The notes below the pieces were generated by a model. That model worked only from the letters and a program-made list of their open reading frames with translations, did not search any database and was not told the DNA's origin. Below, in pieces: positions 37,218 through 46,423 of a stretch of 64,000 nt of DNA. The translations under genes and the position numbers were made by a program. How positions within the stretch are numbered: the stretch's first letter is position 1; every line of letters begins with the position of its first letter. Source of the DNA: a virus; IMG/VR virus record IMGVR_UViG_3300036790_000178, positions 8,343-72,342 of that record; one strand, given 5' to 3'.

Positions 37218-37916
37218 CTAGGCCGCGTTCTCGCTTTCGTCAACTCCGCCCACCGCCTCGGCCTCGAGCTCCTCGCGCGTCGAACGCTCGACATAGGCCC
37301 TTGCGATGCCCTGCCAGCGCTCGTAACGCGACAGCGCCTCGGTGTAGTAGCGCATCAGCCGTTCCCGCCAGACATCGTCCGTGACCCCGAGCATGATGCC
37401 GTAGAGACCTGGAATCTTGGCGAACATCGGCGCGCACCAGTCGTGCGCCAGGACGACCTCGCAGAGCTCGTCCCCGAAGAACACTTGCCGGCCGGTGAAG
37501 CCGTCGACCTTGAGCGGCCATCTGTCGCGCTCCGCGATCTCCGCCACCGCCTTGCGAAGTGCACGGCAGAGATCCTCGTACACCTGGTCATCGAGGCCGA
37601 AGGAGAACATCGCGGTGAGGTACGGCGCTCCCGTGAGTCCCGAGAGCGCATGTCCCAACTCCACGTGCGAATAGAGCTTAGGTTTCGCAACGCGCGTCTG
37701 TGTCCCCCGCACGGTCTGCGTGACGGTCTTCGCGCTCTCGAGCATCGTCCCCTTGATTGCCTTCTCATCGATCGGCCGCCCGCCGGCCAGGCGCTCCATG
37801 AGGTTGCGTCGTCGCGGTGATCCCGGGCCGTAGAGCTTGGCGCACTCCCCCGCCGCTTGGCGAAGGTCGATGCCGTGGGCGGAGGCGCAGGAAAACAGGC
37901 GTTCGATGGCTTGCAT
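37218..37916 (-). CDS. Hypothetical protein at the late-regulator (Q-like) position
   Basis: Last early-left gene before the packaging genes; function inferred from position only. Confidence 0.45.
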   Translation of the reverse strand: MQAIERLFSCASAHGIDLRQAAGECAKLYGPGSPRRRNLMERLAGGRPIDEKAIKGTMLESAKTVTQTVRGTQTRVAKPKLYSHVELGHALSGLTGAPYLTAMFSFGLDDQVYEDLCRALRKAVAEIAERDRWPLKVDGFTGRQVFFGDELCEVVLAHDWCAPMFAKIPGLYGIMLGVTDDVWRERLMRYYTEALSRYERWQGIARAYVERSTREELEAEAVGGVDESENAA

Positions 37917-37920
37917 GGAT

Positions 37921-38280
37921 TCAAGATCCTTTCGCTGGGCATATCTCGAGCGGGGAGGTCCATACGTTCCCCTCCCATGAGATGACTGTGATGTCTTTGC
38001 CGCAATGCCGACACCGATACTGCAACGTAGTATCGCCAGGGCAAGCGGCGGCGGCCAACTCCCACTGATGGAATCGCTGTTTCGACGGCAATGGCGCGGC
38101 GCGAAATATCGGCATCGCCTCGACATCGAGAGGTCCCATCACGAATTCCAACTTCAGCGTCATGCCACTTCCGTCGAAGTGTGTATCGACGGAAATCAGG
38201 GCGGCCTTGTCCTTATCAATCAATGCCGCGAGTTCACGCAACCGTTTGGCGTGTTCAGTCGAAAATTTTATAGTTTGCAT
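37921..38280 (-). CDS. Hypothetical protein with C-terminal CxxC
   Basis: TAATG-coupled; YRCRHCG. Confidence 0.5.
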   Translation of the reverse strand: MQTIKFSTEHAKRLRELAALIDKDKAALISVDTHFDGSGMTLKLEFVMGPLDVEAMPIFRAAPLPSKQRFHQWELAAAACPGDTTLQYRCRHCGKDITVISWEGNVWTSPLEICPAKGS

Positions 38281-38525
38281 TACGTTCCTTTGTGCCCGGG
38301 GGCGGCGGAGAATTTCCACGTCGGGTCTAGGGCCTTCATGCATTCATCGAGTGCGTTGCCTTGGGCCTGCAGGGCATCGCGGGCATTCGCGAGTGTGGAA
38401 CTGTCGGAAGCCAAAGCGCTCATGAGTTGCTGTCTGGTATGCGTGAGCTGCAGATGCTCCTGCGCGAGGAGTGCGATGAGACAGAGTTGCATCACGACGA
38501 TGATTATGATCGAAGTAGTTTTCAT
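38280..38525 (-). CDS. Small protein with N-terminal TM and coiled coil
   Basis: MKTTSIIIIVVMQLCLIALLA. Confidence 0.5.
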   Translation of the reverse strand: MKTTSIIIIVVMQLCLIALLAQEHLQLTHTRQQLMSALASDSSTLANARDALQAQGNALDECMKALDPTWKFSAAPGHKGT

Positions 38526-38553
38526 TGTGTGTGACCCCGCGTTGGGATTTCTG

Positions 38554-38904
38554 CTAGCGCATTGTGCTTTCAAATATGCGGCGGACTTCCTCCTCCTCGC
38601 GGGCGCGCTCCTGTCTGTACACCAGGACCCCATGCCGCTTCGCCTCAAGCTCACGAAGCTCATTGGCAGCATCAGATACACCGCGCCAGTCCCCGGTTGC
38701 GACCCTTGCCTCCAAGTGCGCGATGAGGCGGCCCCGGATTTCGTCGTACGGCATCGCGGCAGCTTTCGGCTTCGTCTCGCGCGAGGAGCTAACATGGTGT
38801 TGCGGGCCTTCGATGCGCTCGTCGTCCAGGAGCCAGAAGCGAAAGGGTGCCTCGCTGTTGACGAACACGCAATCGATCCAGGCGTATGGCAGGCGCAAGG
38901 TCAT
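38554..38904 (-). CDS. Hypothetical protein
   Basis: ATGA-coupled chain; GDWRGVSDAANELRELE. Confidence 0.55.
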   Translation of the reverse strand: MTLRLPYAWIDCVFVNSEAPFRFWLLDDERIEGPQHHVSSSRETKPKAAAMPYDEIRGRLIAHLEARVATGDWRGVSDAANELRELEAKRHGVLVYRQERAREEEEVRRIFESTMR

Positions 38905-39082
38905 GTTTTCTGCGCCTTCTGGCGCCGATTCAGATCCTGAACACGTTGCTGCGCGCACGGACGGAGGAAGTGTGTACCTTGCTCGCGGCTCGCCCATATC
39001 AGGCGCCCGCGCTTCCGCCAGAGATCCCTGGGTGTGTACCGTACTGCCAGCCAGACCTTGCGGTTGGGATAGTCAAGACTCA

Positions 39083-39580
39083 TTACGCCGCCCTCCCATC
39101 AAACATGTCAGCCGGCGAGCGATGCGCGTTCAACTCCGCAATCGTATCGAGTGACGTGATCTCGATCCGCGCTCCTGGCGCCTCGAGCGCTTCCGGGTCT
39201 TCGTTCGGAAACACCTTGGCGGCACGCAGGTATTCAACAATTCGAGCATCATCGACGATCAAGCCTGCCTCGACCAGGGCGTCCTCTGTGCTGCGGACCA
39301 ACTTCGAGACGTCGGGCTTTCGCATCGGGAATGTGCGCCGTCGTTTCGGTGCGCTGGCCGGCTTTGGCACCGTGAAGACCATGCGAACCGCGAGCGGGCC
39401 ATCGAGTGGCGGCGCACCGGCGCGGACCTTCAGCGCCTCGGCGCGGACATCCTGCCTCCATGGTTTAACCTTGCTCGACGACTCGACCATGATTCCGCGC
39501 CCGGCTTTGGACGTGCCAACAAAGCGTTTACTGCCGGCTGGTGCGGGTGAACCATAAACCACGAGACTGATCCTGGTCAT
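39083..39580 (-). CDS. rusA: RusA family Holliday junction resolvase
   Basis: VYGSPAPAGSKR, VKPWR, KPDVSKLVRSTEDAL and DDARIV motifs. Confidence 0.9.
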   Translation of the reverse strand: MTRISLVVYGSPAPAGSKRFVGTSKAGRGIMVESSSKVKPWRQDVRAEALKVRAGAPPLDGPLAVRMVFTVPKPASAPKRRRTFPMRKPDVSKLVRSTEDALVEAGLIVDDARIVEYLRAAKVFPNEDPEALEAPGARIEITSLDTIAELNAHRSPADMFDGRAA

Positions 39581-40044
39581 ACGCGTCGCTCCTGGCGCCA
39601 ACGGCGGCAATATTCGATTTTTTGTTCTCTGCGCGCGGCCTCGTATTCTGCCAAGCAAACCGGGCAACGCCGCTGGTGCTTCATCTGCACGAGCACGTGG
39701 CCTTTTGCGCATAGCACGGCGCCAGCCGTCGTCAGCGGGGAACGCCTGAGATTTATCAGCCCCGTGACCGGCTCAAGGTGATCTGGATTGACGCAGTGGC
39801 GAACGCGACAGAGGTGATCGAGCTGCAGGTCGCCTGGATCGCTACGAAGCAATGTCCAGATCAATCGGTGGGCCTGGTACGTCCGATTGTCGAGGCTTGC
39901 CCAGCCGTAGCCGTCCGGACTGCGCGATCTTGTCCATAACCAACAGCCATGCTCGCCAAGGCGGATATTCCTCCGGATGTGCAACGGAAGACCCGGGGGT
40001 AAGTTTTGCGCTTGCCACGGCGTCAACGGTTTTGGCGCTGTCAC
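39577..40044 (-). CDS. HNH endonuclease inserted in the 5' end of rusA
   Basis: CWLW...DGYG, AHR and LDHLCRVRHCVNPDHLEPVT...N motifs; GTG start with GGAG. Confidence 0.88.
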   Translation of the reverse strand: MTAPKPLTPWQAQNLPPGLPLHIRRNIRLGEHGCWLWTRSRSPDGYGWASLDNRTYQAHRLIWTLLRSDPGDLQLDHLCRVRHCVNPDHLEPVTGLINLRRSPLTTAGAVLCAKGHVLVQMKHQRRCPVCLAEYEAARREQKIEYCRRWRQERRV

Positions 40045-40088
40045 GATGCGATCTCCAACGGCGAGCCGTAGACGACGAGCTTGATCAT
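40041..40088 (-). pseudogene. Orphaned original N-terminus of rusA (MIKLVVYGSP-LEIAS*)
   Basis: LVVYGSP is identical to RusA residues 6-12; ATGA-coupled to the upstream gene. Confidence 0.8.
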
Positions 40089-40312
40089 GTCGGAGGCCTC
40101 GCGGACGGTTGACGAATCTCGGTGACGGAGGAAACGGCCGGCTCATTGGCCGCGCGAAGTCGTCCCTCCTCGATCCACTCATCGCGCCGGTAGCCGCAAT
40201 CCCTGCCTTCCACCAAGAATTGCGTCGAGCCGTGCAGCGACTCCGTGCGCCTGGTCGCGATTCCTTCGAAGCCTGTGACCGCGTCTTTGACGGACTGGCC
40301 GAGCTTGATCAC
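40085..40312 (-). CDS. Small SH3/KOW-like phage protein
   Basis: IKLGQSVKDAVTGFEGIAT.R and WIEEGRL motifs. Confidence 0.7.
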   Translation of the reverse strand: MIKLGQSVKDAVTGFEGIATRRTESLHGSTQFLVEGRDCGYRRDEWIEEGRLRAANEPAVSSVTEIRQPSARPPT

Positions 40313-40313
40313 C

Positions 40314-41114
40314 TCAGTGCGCTCCCCGGTTGCCGTTGCGCTGCCGGTCCTGATGCTTCACCCGTTCCGAGCGACCATCGAGCGCAGCGCCGCCCTTCTG
40401 CGCCTTGAACGCCTCGACCTGCTTGCGGGCTGCCTCCTCGAAACTGCCGGCCTCGGCTTGTGTCGGATCTGCGCTCGGCTTCGCCGCCTCGCCCATCACC
40501 GGCGTATCAGGATGCTCCGCGCGCATCTTGGCGTCGGTCTCGGACGATGGCGTCGACTGCGTGAAGCCGCCGCTCACCTGACGCTGGCCTTCACCGTTTG
40601 CCGGTGCCGGCCCGAACGGCACGAAGTCGAAGTACAACTGCTGCGTCTGCTCGATCAACTGCTTGGCCTGCAACACCTCCATGCTGTGCTCGCCGTGCCG
40701 TGCCGCGACCCCATCGAACCAGCCGTACTGGTGATCGTGGCGGCGCATCCGGAGCTTCGGGCGGCCCAGCGTGTCGTATTTGGGCTTCTGCGTCTCCTCA
40801 TCGATGACGCGATCCAAGTGTTCCAACTCGTGATCTACCAGGGCGTCGCGGGACTCGGCGCTGAGCGTCAACCAGGTGAAGCGGTCGACCACGATCACGG
40901 CATCTGCCATGCCGAGCGCGCGGTCGCGCAGCGGTGAGATTCGGACCACGGCGGCGGCCGAGTAGCCCTGATGCTTGAGGCACGGCAGCGTGGTCTCGTC
41001 ATCGAACACGAAGAGCGCGCCGACTCTCACCCTCGAGAGGTCAGGATGGTAGGCGTGCTGCATGCGTTCGATGGCGGTCTCGAGGTCGGAGCTGGCGTCG
41101 GAGTAGGTTTTCAT
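40314..41114 (-). CDS. Putative phage metallopeptidase-family protein
   Basis: ALVDHELEH (HExxH) and RRHD motifs. Confidence 0.75.
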   Translation of the reverse strand: MKTYSDASSDLETAIERMQHAYHPDLSRVRVGALFVFDDETTLPCLKHQGYSAAAVVRISPLRDRALGMADAVIVVDRFTWLTLSAESRDALVDHELEHLDRVIDEETQKPKYDTLGRPKLRMRRHDHQYGWFDGVAARHGEHSMEVLQAKQLIEQTQQLYFDFVPFGPAPANGEGQRQVSGGFTQSTPSSETDAKMRAEHPDTPVMGEAAKPSADPTQAEAGSFEEAARKQVEAFKAQKGGAALDGRSERVKHQDRQRNGNRGAH

Positions 41115-41428
41115 GCCTTGACCTTGCGTTGGTTGTTTGTTTCACGTGGAACGTAAAGCGGCTCTCCGAAGAGTCGCTCAAAAGCATCCTGGAACGTCTC
41201 GGGCTTCGTGCCCAGCTTGCCCGCGATGACGGGCCCGTACCCTTCGCGCAGGATCACGAAGCGAATCCGATCCTTGAGCGAATCAAACGGCCGATCGACA
41301 TACAGCGGGCAACTGAGCTGGTGCAGGCGATTCCACATCCAGTCCTCGGCATCCGTGCGGTCGAAGAGGCCCGGCGCCGGCGTCTGCGGTTGGGGCGTGC
41401 CAGGCGGCTCGGGGTTACGCGTCATCAT
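41111..41428 (-). CDS. Hypothetical protein
   Basis: ATGA-coupled to the downstream gene; ETFQDAFERLFGEPL. Confidence 0.6.
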   Translation of the reverse strand: MMTRNPEPPGTPQPQTPAPGLFDRTDAEDWMWNRLHQLSCPLYVDRPFDSLKDRIRFVILREGYGPVIAGKLGTKPETFQDAFERLFGEPLYVPRETNNQRKVKA

Positions 41429-41440
41429 GGTGTAGTTTCG

Positions 41441-41998
41441 TCAGGCTCTGCGCTGCTCGACCAGGTCGCGACGAGCATCCCGCAGCCTTCGGTCCTCGCG
41501 CATAGCCTCGGCGTATTGCGGCGAGTCGAGCCGCTCCGCTGCGAGCAGCCTTCCCCACTGCGATATCAGATACTCGATACTCGCAAGCTCGGGATCGGCG
41601 GCCTTGAACTCGCACCAATTGCCCCGGTTGACTTCGAACACGCCAGGCAGATGTCCGCAGCGTCCCGGCTCGAGACGCGCGCTTTCCATCATCGCGAGGT
41701 GCGAGGAGCGCGCAGCGCTTGCGCTCAACGCCAACCGGTCCCCCGCATCATCCTTTGGGCGCAGTTGGAACGGCCGCGGAAACCACTTCCCGCGCTTTAG
41801 GTGCGATTCGACGCAGCGCCTGAACATCTCCAGCGGCAGATCGCGCAGCGCGCTCCAGTAGGCCTCGACGACATCGTCCGGCGGCTTGTCGAGCTTCGTC
41901 TTCGTCTGCGGGTCCTTCCAGTCGCCGGGCCCCAGGATGAGCGCGAGGCGATCAAGAAGCGCGCGGAACTCGGCGAAGTCAGGCTTGTGCACGGTCAT
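41441..41998 (-). CDS. Helicase loader/inhibitor-like replication protein
   Basis: YWSALRDLPL and KWFPRP motifs; follows the initiator gene. Confidence 0.55.
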   Translation of the reverse strand: MTVHKPDFAEFRALLDRLALILGPGDWKDPQTKTKLDKPPDDVVEAYWSALRDLPLEMFRRCVESHLKRGKWFPRPFQLRPKDDAGDRLALSASAARSSHLAMMESARLEPGRCGHLPGVFEVNRGNWCEFKAADPELASIEYLISQWGRLLAAERLDSPQYAEAMREDRRLRDARRDLVEQRRA

Positions 41999-42896
41999 CC
42001 TCCTCGTCGGGCGGTTCCCAGCTGCGCTCGGGCTCGGTCGTCTTGCCATGGCCATTCGGTGTCGCGAGTCGCGCCGCATCGGCCCGCCGGCCACCGACAA
42101 TCCCCAGCGCATAGCCGAATCCCTTGCCGCGGCCGACGGCTTCCTTCGCGGCCTGAGCGAACTCGCCGACCTCAGCGCCCTGCTCGAGGAGCTTGAGCAA
42201 CGTCGCGTGGCTCGGGTTCACGGCCATGAGCCCTTCGGCTCGCATGGCGATGCAGGCGGCAGTGGCGCGAGTGGGCCCGGGTGCCGGATCAGGATCGCCG
42301 GGCGATTCGCCGGGAGGTCTACTTTCGTCTCGTTCCGCTCTCGCTTTCTCACCCCGTTCCGGAGGGGTCGCGCCCGCACGCGCGTTCTGAGCGAGTGCGT
42401 CTTCGCACGAGTCTGGATCTGGTTTCTGGATCTGGACTCTGGATTCTGGCTCTGGAGCTGGAGAGCCATTTTTCCCGCTATCATTACCCCATCGTTTTTT
42501 GTGGGGTACCCTATGGCCAACCCCATCAGATTCGCCATAGCCGTCGCCATGGCCAGCGCTATTCTTTCCCCATCGCTTTTCGGCGCCCCTACGCCCTGAT
42601 TCTGATGCCTCCGCCGAGATCGCCTCCCACTTCGCAATTTCATCATCCGCCCGCGGGTTGTGCCTGAGGCCGTCCGGCGCGATAGGGAAGAATTCATCTG
42701 CAACCGCTGAGACTGCCGCCTGCTCAAGCTTCGATGTCGCCCGGCAGAGCCGCCACAACGCCTCCCTGCTCTCAGGCAGCGGCTTTCGACGTGAGTAGTA
42801 GTGATCGAGCAGGACCGTGTAAGCGCCATGCTCGGCCAGCGACAGGTGGCTCGTGTCCCGCTGGTAGTCGCCCATGTAGCGCTTGTAGTAATCCAT
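41979..42896 (-). CDS. YdaU/DUF1376-family replication initiator
   Basis: MDYYKRYMGDYQRDTSHLSLAEHGAYTVLLDHYY and HNPRADDEI motifs. Confidence 0.88.
   Translation of the reverse strand: MDYYKRYMGDYQRDTSHLSLAEHGAYTVLLDHYYSRRKPLPESREALWRLCRATSKLEQAAVSAVADEFFPIAPDGLRHNPRADDEIAKWEAISAEASESGRRGAEKRWGKNSAGHGDGYGESDGVGHRVPHKKRWGNDSGKNGSPAPEPESRVQIQKPDPDSCEDALAQNARAGATPPERGEKARAERDESRPPGESPGDPDPAPGPTRATAACIAMRAEGLMAVNPSHATLLKLLEQGAEVGEFAQAAKEAVGRGKGFGYALGIVGGRRADAARLATPNGHGKTTEPERSWEPPDEEDDRAQA
42465..42575. repeat. Iteron-like repeats ([GC]C[CT]AT, about 12-bp period): probable phage replication origin inside the initiator gene
   Basis: Cores at about 42465, 42477, 42488, 42510, 42522, 42534, 42546, 42558 and 42569; lambdoid origins lie within the O-like gene. 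Confidence 0.55.
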
Positions 42897-43582
42897 CAGC
42901 CCCGACTCCCGTCCGTCGCCATCCGCACGATCTCCTCGACGTCCGCGAGCTCCTGCTGAACCATGGTCACCATTGCGAGCAGCGTCTGAAGCGTCATCGC
43001 CTTGGAGCGCTGCAGCTCGACCAGGCGGACGATGAGGTCCGGTGAGAACGTGATGCGCCGGGGCTCGATGTCTATTTTCGGGACCTCGACTGGAGGTGCC
43101 GGCGCTTGGACGGGCACGACGATCGGCGCCGACGGCCCGGTATGCTCCACGCGCTCCCGACCGCTCCCCACCGGACGACCAGCCCTCGCGACGATGCCCA
43201 ACTTGGCGCGGGCAGCAGAGAGGTGTTGCGAGACGGAATTCACGGAAGAGCCGAGTCGTTGCGCGACCTCGGCATGCGTGAGGCCGCTCTTAATCAGCTC
43301 GAAAACCTGCGATTCGCGCGGCGTCAGACCGTTACTTACGACGAGTTGGCGGTGTGGTGTTAATGGTGCCGGCGCCTGCGGGACAGGCTGCCGCAGTGGA
43401 TGCTCGTGCCCGTTGATCCTCTGGTAGCACCCAAGCTCGAAGCTCACGGCGCCGCGTTTCAGCAGCATGCTGAGTTCGCCATCGATGCTCGCCGCCTGAT
43501 CGCCTTTGAGCAGCCCGTAGATCGCGTTTCGTGGTACTGCCTTCTCGCCCAGCGCCTCTTGGATGCGTTCCTGAAGGGTCAT
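42896..43582 (-). CDS. LuxR-type HTH-containing protein
   Basis: LTPRESQVFELIKSGLTHAEVAQRLGSSVNSVSQHLSAARAKLG. Confidence 0.75.
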   Translation of the reverse strand: MTLQERIQEALGEKAVPRNAIYGLLKGDQAASIDGELSMLLKRGAVSFELGCYQRINGHEHPLRQPVPQAPAPLTPHRQLVVSNGLTPRESQVFELIKSGLTHAEVAQRLGSSVNSVSQHLSAARAKLGIVARAGRPVGSGRERVEHTGPSAPIVVPVQAPAPPVEVPKIDIEPRRITFSPDLIVRLVELQRSKAMTLQTLLAMVTMVQQELADVEEIVRMATDGSRG

Positions 43583-43698
43583 CCGTGCTGGTCCAGGTGG
43601 GCTGAAATCCAAACCACGCCGACGACCAAGATCGTCATGATCACCGCGCACATCACGCGCTGGAAGAGCGGCAGATCCGATTCCTTGCGCTCGCTCAT
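43579..43698 (-). CDS. 39-aa single-TM peptide
   Basis: Manual translation MSERKESDLPLFQRVMCAVIMTILVVGVVWISAHLDQHG; ATGA overlaps at both ends. Confidence 0.5.
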   Translation of the reverse strand: MSERKESDLPLFQRVMCAVIMTILVVGVVWISAHLDQHG

Positions 43699-44154
43699 CG
43701 CGCCGCCACCGCAATCAGCGCGACAGACATCGCGAGCCCCCAGATGACGACGATGACGAGCGCAAATAGCGCCGCCGTCAGGACGTCCCAGAAGAGCTCC
43801 TGCAGGTGATCGAATAAAATACCCGCGCGCGCCGGAAGTGCGGAATGAGTGCGCTCGGGGTGCGCCAGGCGCTTACCGTCGGGGGTTGGTGACGGGGCGT
43901 CGGATTGGCGCGAAACTGGTTTGGATAGAGAAAGAGCCGAGGCGACTGGCATCGCGCTCGGCCCTGAAGTCGCAGGCGTAGGGTGAAATGACGCGCCCGC
44001 GGGGACAGAGCCGGCAGCAAGCGGCGTGCCGCGTGCCGGGAACACAAGAATATTAGCCCCACCCATCTGCTCACCCTTGCCGGCGTATGCGAAGCCGGAA
44101 CCGTCTCGCGCTCACCGTCCTGCCAGGGATCGGGGCGCTTCAAAAATAGAATTC

Positions 44155-44559
44155 CTAGCGGCCTCCCCGCTTGCCCGGCGCGCCGACGCCCGCTGCCGCG
44201 AGCTTCCCAGGCAGCGCCGAGAGCATCTGATGGACCTCTGTTAGCGCGTGGTCGCGCATCGCGCATTCATCGCCCAGGTACTTGGCGACGAGGTAGTAAA
44301 TCCAGGTCTTGTCCCCGGTCACCCGCGTGTACTTCTCCGCCTCATCGAGCCCGAACTTGCGCGTTGGGTCGTCCGAGAGCGCAACCGAGAGATTGCCGGG
44401 CGATACGTCGAGGTCGGACGCGATCTTCCCGAGACCTCGCTTATAGACGCCCGCAGCGACGCACTCACGCGCCCACCGGTAGACATCCGGCAGGCTCGGA
44501 TCCAACGCGAGCGTCATCTGTCTGTGAGAATCAGTGAGAAGTCGTGATGACATCTGCAA
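44155..44559 (-). CDS. CII-like transcriptional regulator
   Basis: HTH-like LGKIASDLDVSPGNLSVALS; position after cro; start uncertain. Confidence 0.6.
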   Translation of the reverse strand: MQMSSRLLTDSHRQMTLALDPSLPDVYRWARECVAAGVYKRGLGKIASDLDVSPGNLSVALSDDPTRKFGLDEAEKYTRVTGDKTWIYYLVAKYLGDECAMRDHALTEVHQMLSALPGKLAAAGVGAPGKRGGR

Positions 44560-44615
44560 TCACCGGTTATCGCTGCTTTTCACTGGCCGTCGTGACAATG
44601 CGTGCCATGCGAAGC

Positions 44616-44867
44616 TCACGCTCGATCGCGACAGGCGCGCCGTTCCGGCTGACGAGTGCTCGATTTGAGCGCCGTCAACCTGGCGTGCAAAGCCTGGACG
44701 CGACTGACCGCAGGGTCGGGTGTCTTCCCGTCCTCAACATCGCGGACGAATCGCTTCAGCCATTCATAGGGAACGTCGGGCTCGGAAGCGATGGACCGGA
44801 CGGAGAGGTCGCCGTTCTTGTCGCGGACGCTCTTGAGCAGTCCAATGGTGTCGTCGAGGAGGTTCAC
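44616..44867 (-). CDS. Cro-like HTH protein
   Basis: SVRSIASEPDVPYEWLKRF and DPAVSRVQAL motifs; divergent from the repressor. Confidence 0.65.
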   Translation of the reverse strand: MNLLDDTIGLLKSVRDKNGDLSVRSIASEPDVPYEWLKRFVRDVEDGKTPDPAVSRVQALHARLTALKSSTRQPERRACRDRA

Positions 44868-44874
44868 GTGCCCA

Positions 44875-44919
44875 ATAATGGGGAATCTTTTCCTCATTTG
44901 TCAAGGAGCACATTCCCCA
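44875..44919. promoter_or_regulatory. OR-like operators and PR-like promoter
   Basis: 18-bp imperfect palindromes TGGGGAATCTTTTCCTCA (44879-44896) and CAAGGAGCACATTCCCCA (44902-44919). Minus-strand TTGACA (44904-44899), 18 bp, CATTAT. Confidence 0.75.
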
Positions 44920-44942
44920 AGCGAGTCCGCATGCTCACTCGC

Positions 44943-45422
44943 ATGCCTCGATCGCGCGAATCAAGCCGACTAGCAAAGCTGCTCGGGATGAATCTCGACA
45001 AGCTGATGAGCTATCGCAAGCTATCCGGACACGGCATCGCGACGTCCGCGAAGCGCATCGGGCATTCGATTGATCCGAAGACCGTGAACAACGCCCGTAA
45101 TGCCGCAAAAGAAGGCCACGGCAAGGGCGATCTCACGCTCTCAACGCTCGAAGGCATTTCGGCTGGCGCGTCCGTCGACGCCTGGCAGCTGCTCGCTCCG
45201 CGCTTCGATCCGCAACGCCTGCCGGAGCTACGCAAGCGCTGGGGAGAATCGACGCGAGCGACACCCAGCGACGGCTATCTCGATGAACTCATCGGCCTCT
45301 GGTCGAAGATGAAGCCCGGGCGCCGCGCGACCCTATTGCACCTCGCCCAAGAATGGTCTTCAGAAAGTGGGGAGGCGGCCGATCCCCCGGACCCTCCACG
45401 CGCATCGCAGAGGACCCGCTGA
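44943..45422 (+). CDS. CI-like repressor (XRE HTH, no visible S24 autopeptidase domain)
   Basis: KTVNNARNA and LTLSTLEGISAGASVDAWQLL motifs; lies between two operator pairs; start 44931 or 44943. Confidence 0.7.
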   Translation: MPRSRESSRLAKLLGMNLDKLMSYRKLSGHGIATSAKRIGHSIDPKTVNNARNAAKEGHGKGDLTLSTLEGISAGASVDAWQLLAPRFDPQRLPELRKRWGESTRATPSDGYLDELIGLWSKMKPGRRATLLHLAQEWSSESGEAADPPDPPRASQRTR

Positions 45423-45618
45423 CGGATACTGCGGTGCTAAGAATGCTAGAAAAGTTCAGTAAAAAACAAAACAACAACTGACATGAATCCCGGCGCCAGC
45501 GACGATCTGACGCCCCTCCCATGATATTGCCGAGAGCGAACGCGTTGCTCCGGCGGCAGGCTTCTTTCCCCGTTCCGATTCGGGCCCGATAAGCCTCGAT
45601 TGCTGCCTTCGTGCGGCG

Positions 45619-45669
45619 TGGGGAATATATTCCTTGACTTCGCGATCTACGTGGGGAATACTTTCCCCA
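45619..45669 (+). promoter_or_regulatory. OL-like operators and PL-like promoter
   Basis: TGGGGAATATATTCCTTG (45619-45636) and TGGGGAATACTTTCCCCA (45652-45669); TTGACT, 17 bp, AATACT. Confidence 0.8.
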
Positions 45670-45686
45670 TGCACTCGGGAGGTCAC

Positions 45687-45977
45687 ATGCAGTCCCAAGC
45701 CGAACAGGCCGCCAGAAGCCCGGCCAGCGTCGATACCGAGACATTCCGTCGCGGCTCGCAGATCTTCTCGATCTTCGGACAGATCGAAGCGGTGGCCGCT
45801 GATCTGATGGTCCAGCGCGGCCTCGGTCAACGGATCGAGGTGAGCGACTTCCCTGATGCCGCCACCTGCCCCGACGTGCATGTGAATGAGCGCGGCGAGC
45901 AGGCGCGCTTCGCCCTTCTGCTGCCACTCCAGCACGTCCAGCAGTTCGAGAACCTGATCCGGGAGTTGCGCTCATGA
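45687..45977 (+). CDS. Hypothetical early protein
   Basis: GGAGG SD; first gene after the PL-like promoter. Confidence 0.65.
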   Translation: MQSQAEQAARSPASVDTETFRRGSQIFSIFGQIEAVAADLMVQRGLGQRIEVSDFPDAATCPDVHVNERGEQARFALLLPLQHVQQFENLIRELRS

Positions 45978-46423
45978 GCAACGCCCACGTCCACCCGATC
46001 TTCCAGCCGATTGTCGAAGCGCTCGCGACCGGCCCGATGGAGTCCGAGCCCGTCGCTGACTGCTTCTACTGTGCCGGCAACGGAGTAGAGCAGAACGGCG
46101 AGCCGTGCCCGCGAGGGTGCTCGGTCCCGAGTGCTCCTCCCCAGGTCGAGTTCAAAGCCACCGCGAAGATGCCTCGGCGCCTGCTCGTCGATCTGAGCGT
46201 CGGCCGCAGGCTCTACGTTCGAGCCTACGCGCCGGGTAAGGCTGTCGTGCCCCTCGCCTCCGCAGACGCTTGGATGGCCGATGTCACGCTCAGCTATCGC
46301 GACTTCGGGCGCTTCCTCCATGTCGGCACCGCGCTCTTCCACCTCACCGAATCCGAAGCGACCGAGATCGAGCAGGTCTTCGGTCCTCTCGGTCTCAAGG
46401 TCCGCCGCGAGGTGCAGTCATGA
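45974..46423 (+). CDS. Hypothetical protein with DnaJ-like CxxCxGxG Zn ribbon
   Basis: CFYCAGNG......CPRGC. Confidence 0.65.
   Translation: MSNAHVHPIFQPIVEALATGPMESEPVADCFYCAGNGVEQNGEPCPRGCSVPSAPPQVEFKATAKMPRRLLVDLSVGRRLYVRAYAPGKAVVPLASADAWMADVTLSYRDFGRFLHVGTALFHLTESEATEIEQVFGPLGLKVRREVQS

Noticed and set aside
43700-44150. Long gap after cII as a possible ncRNA
   Set aside because: Partly explained by a probable small TM ORF ending at 43695. I found no convincing structure or repeat.
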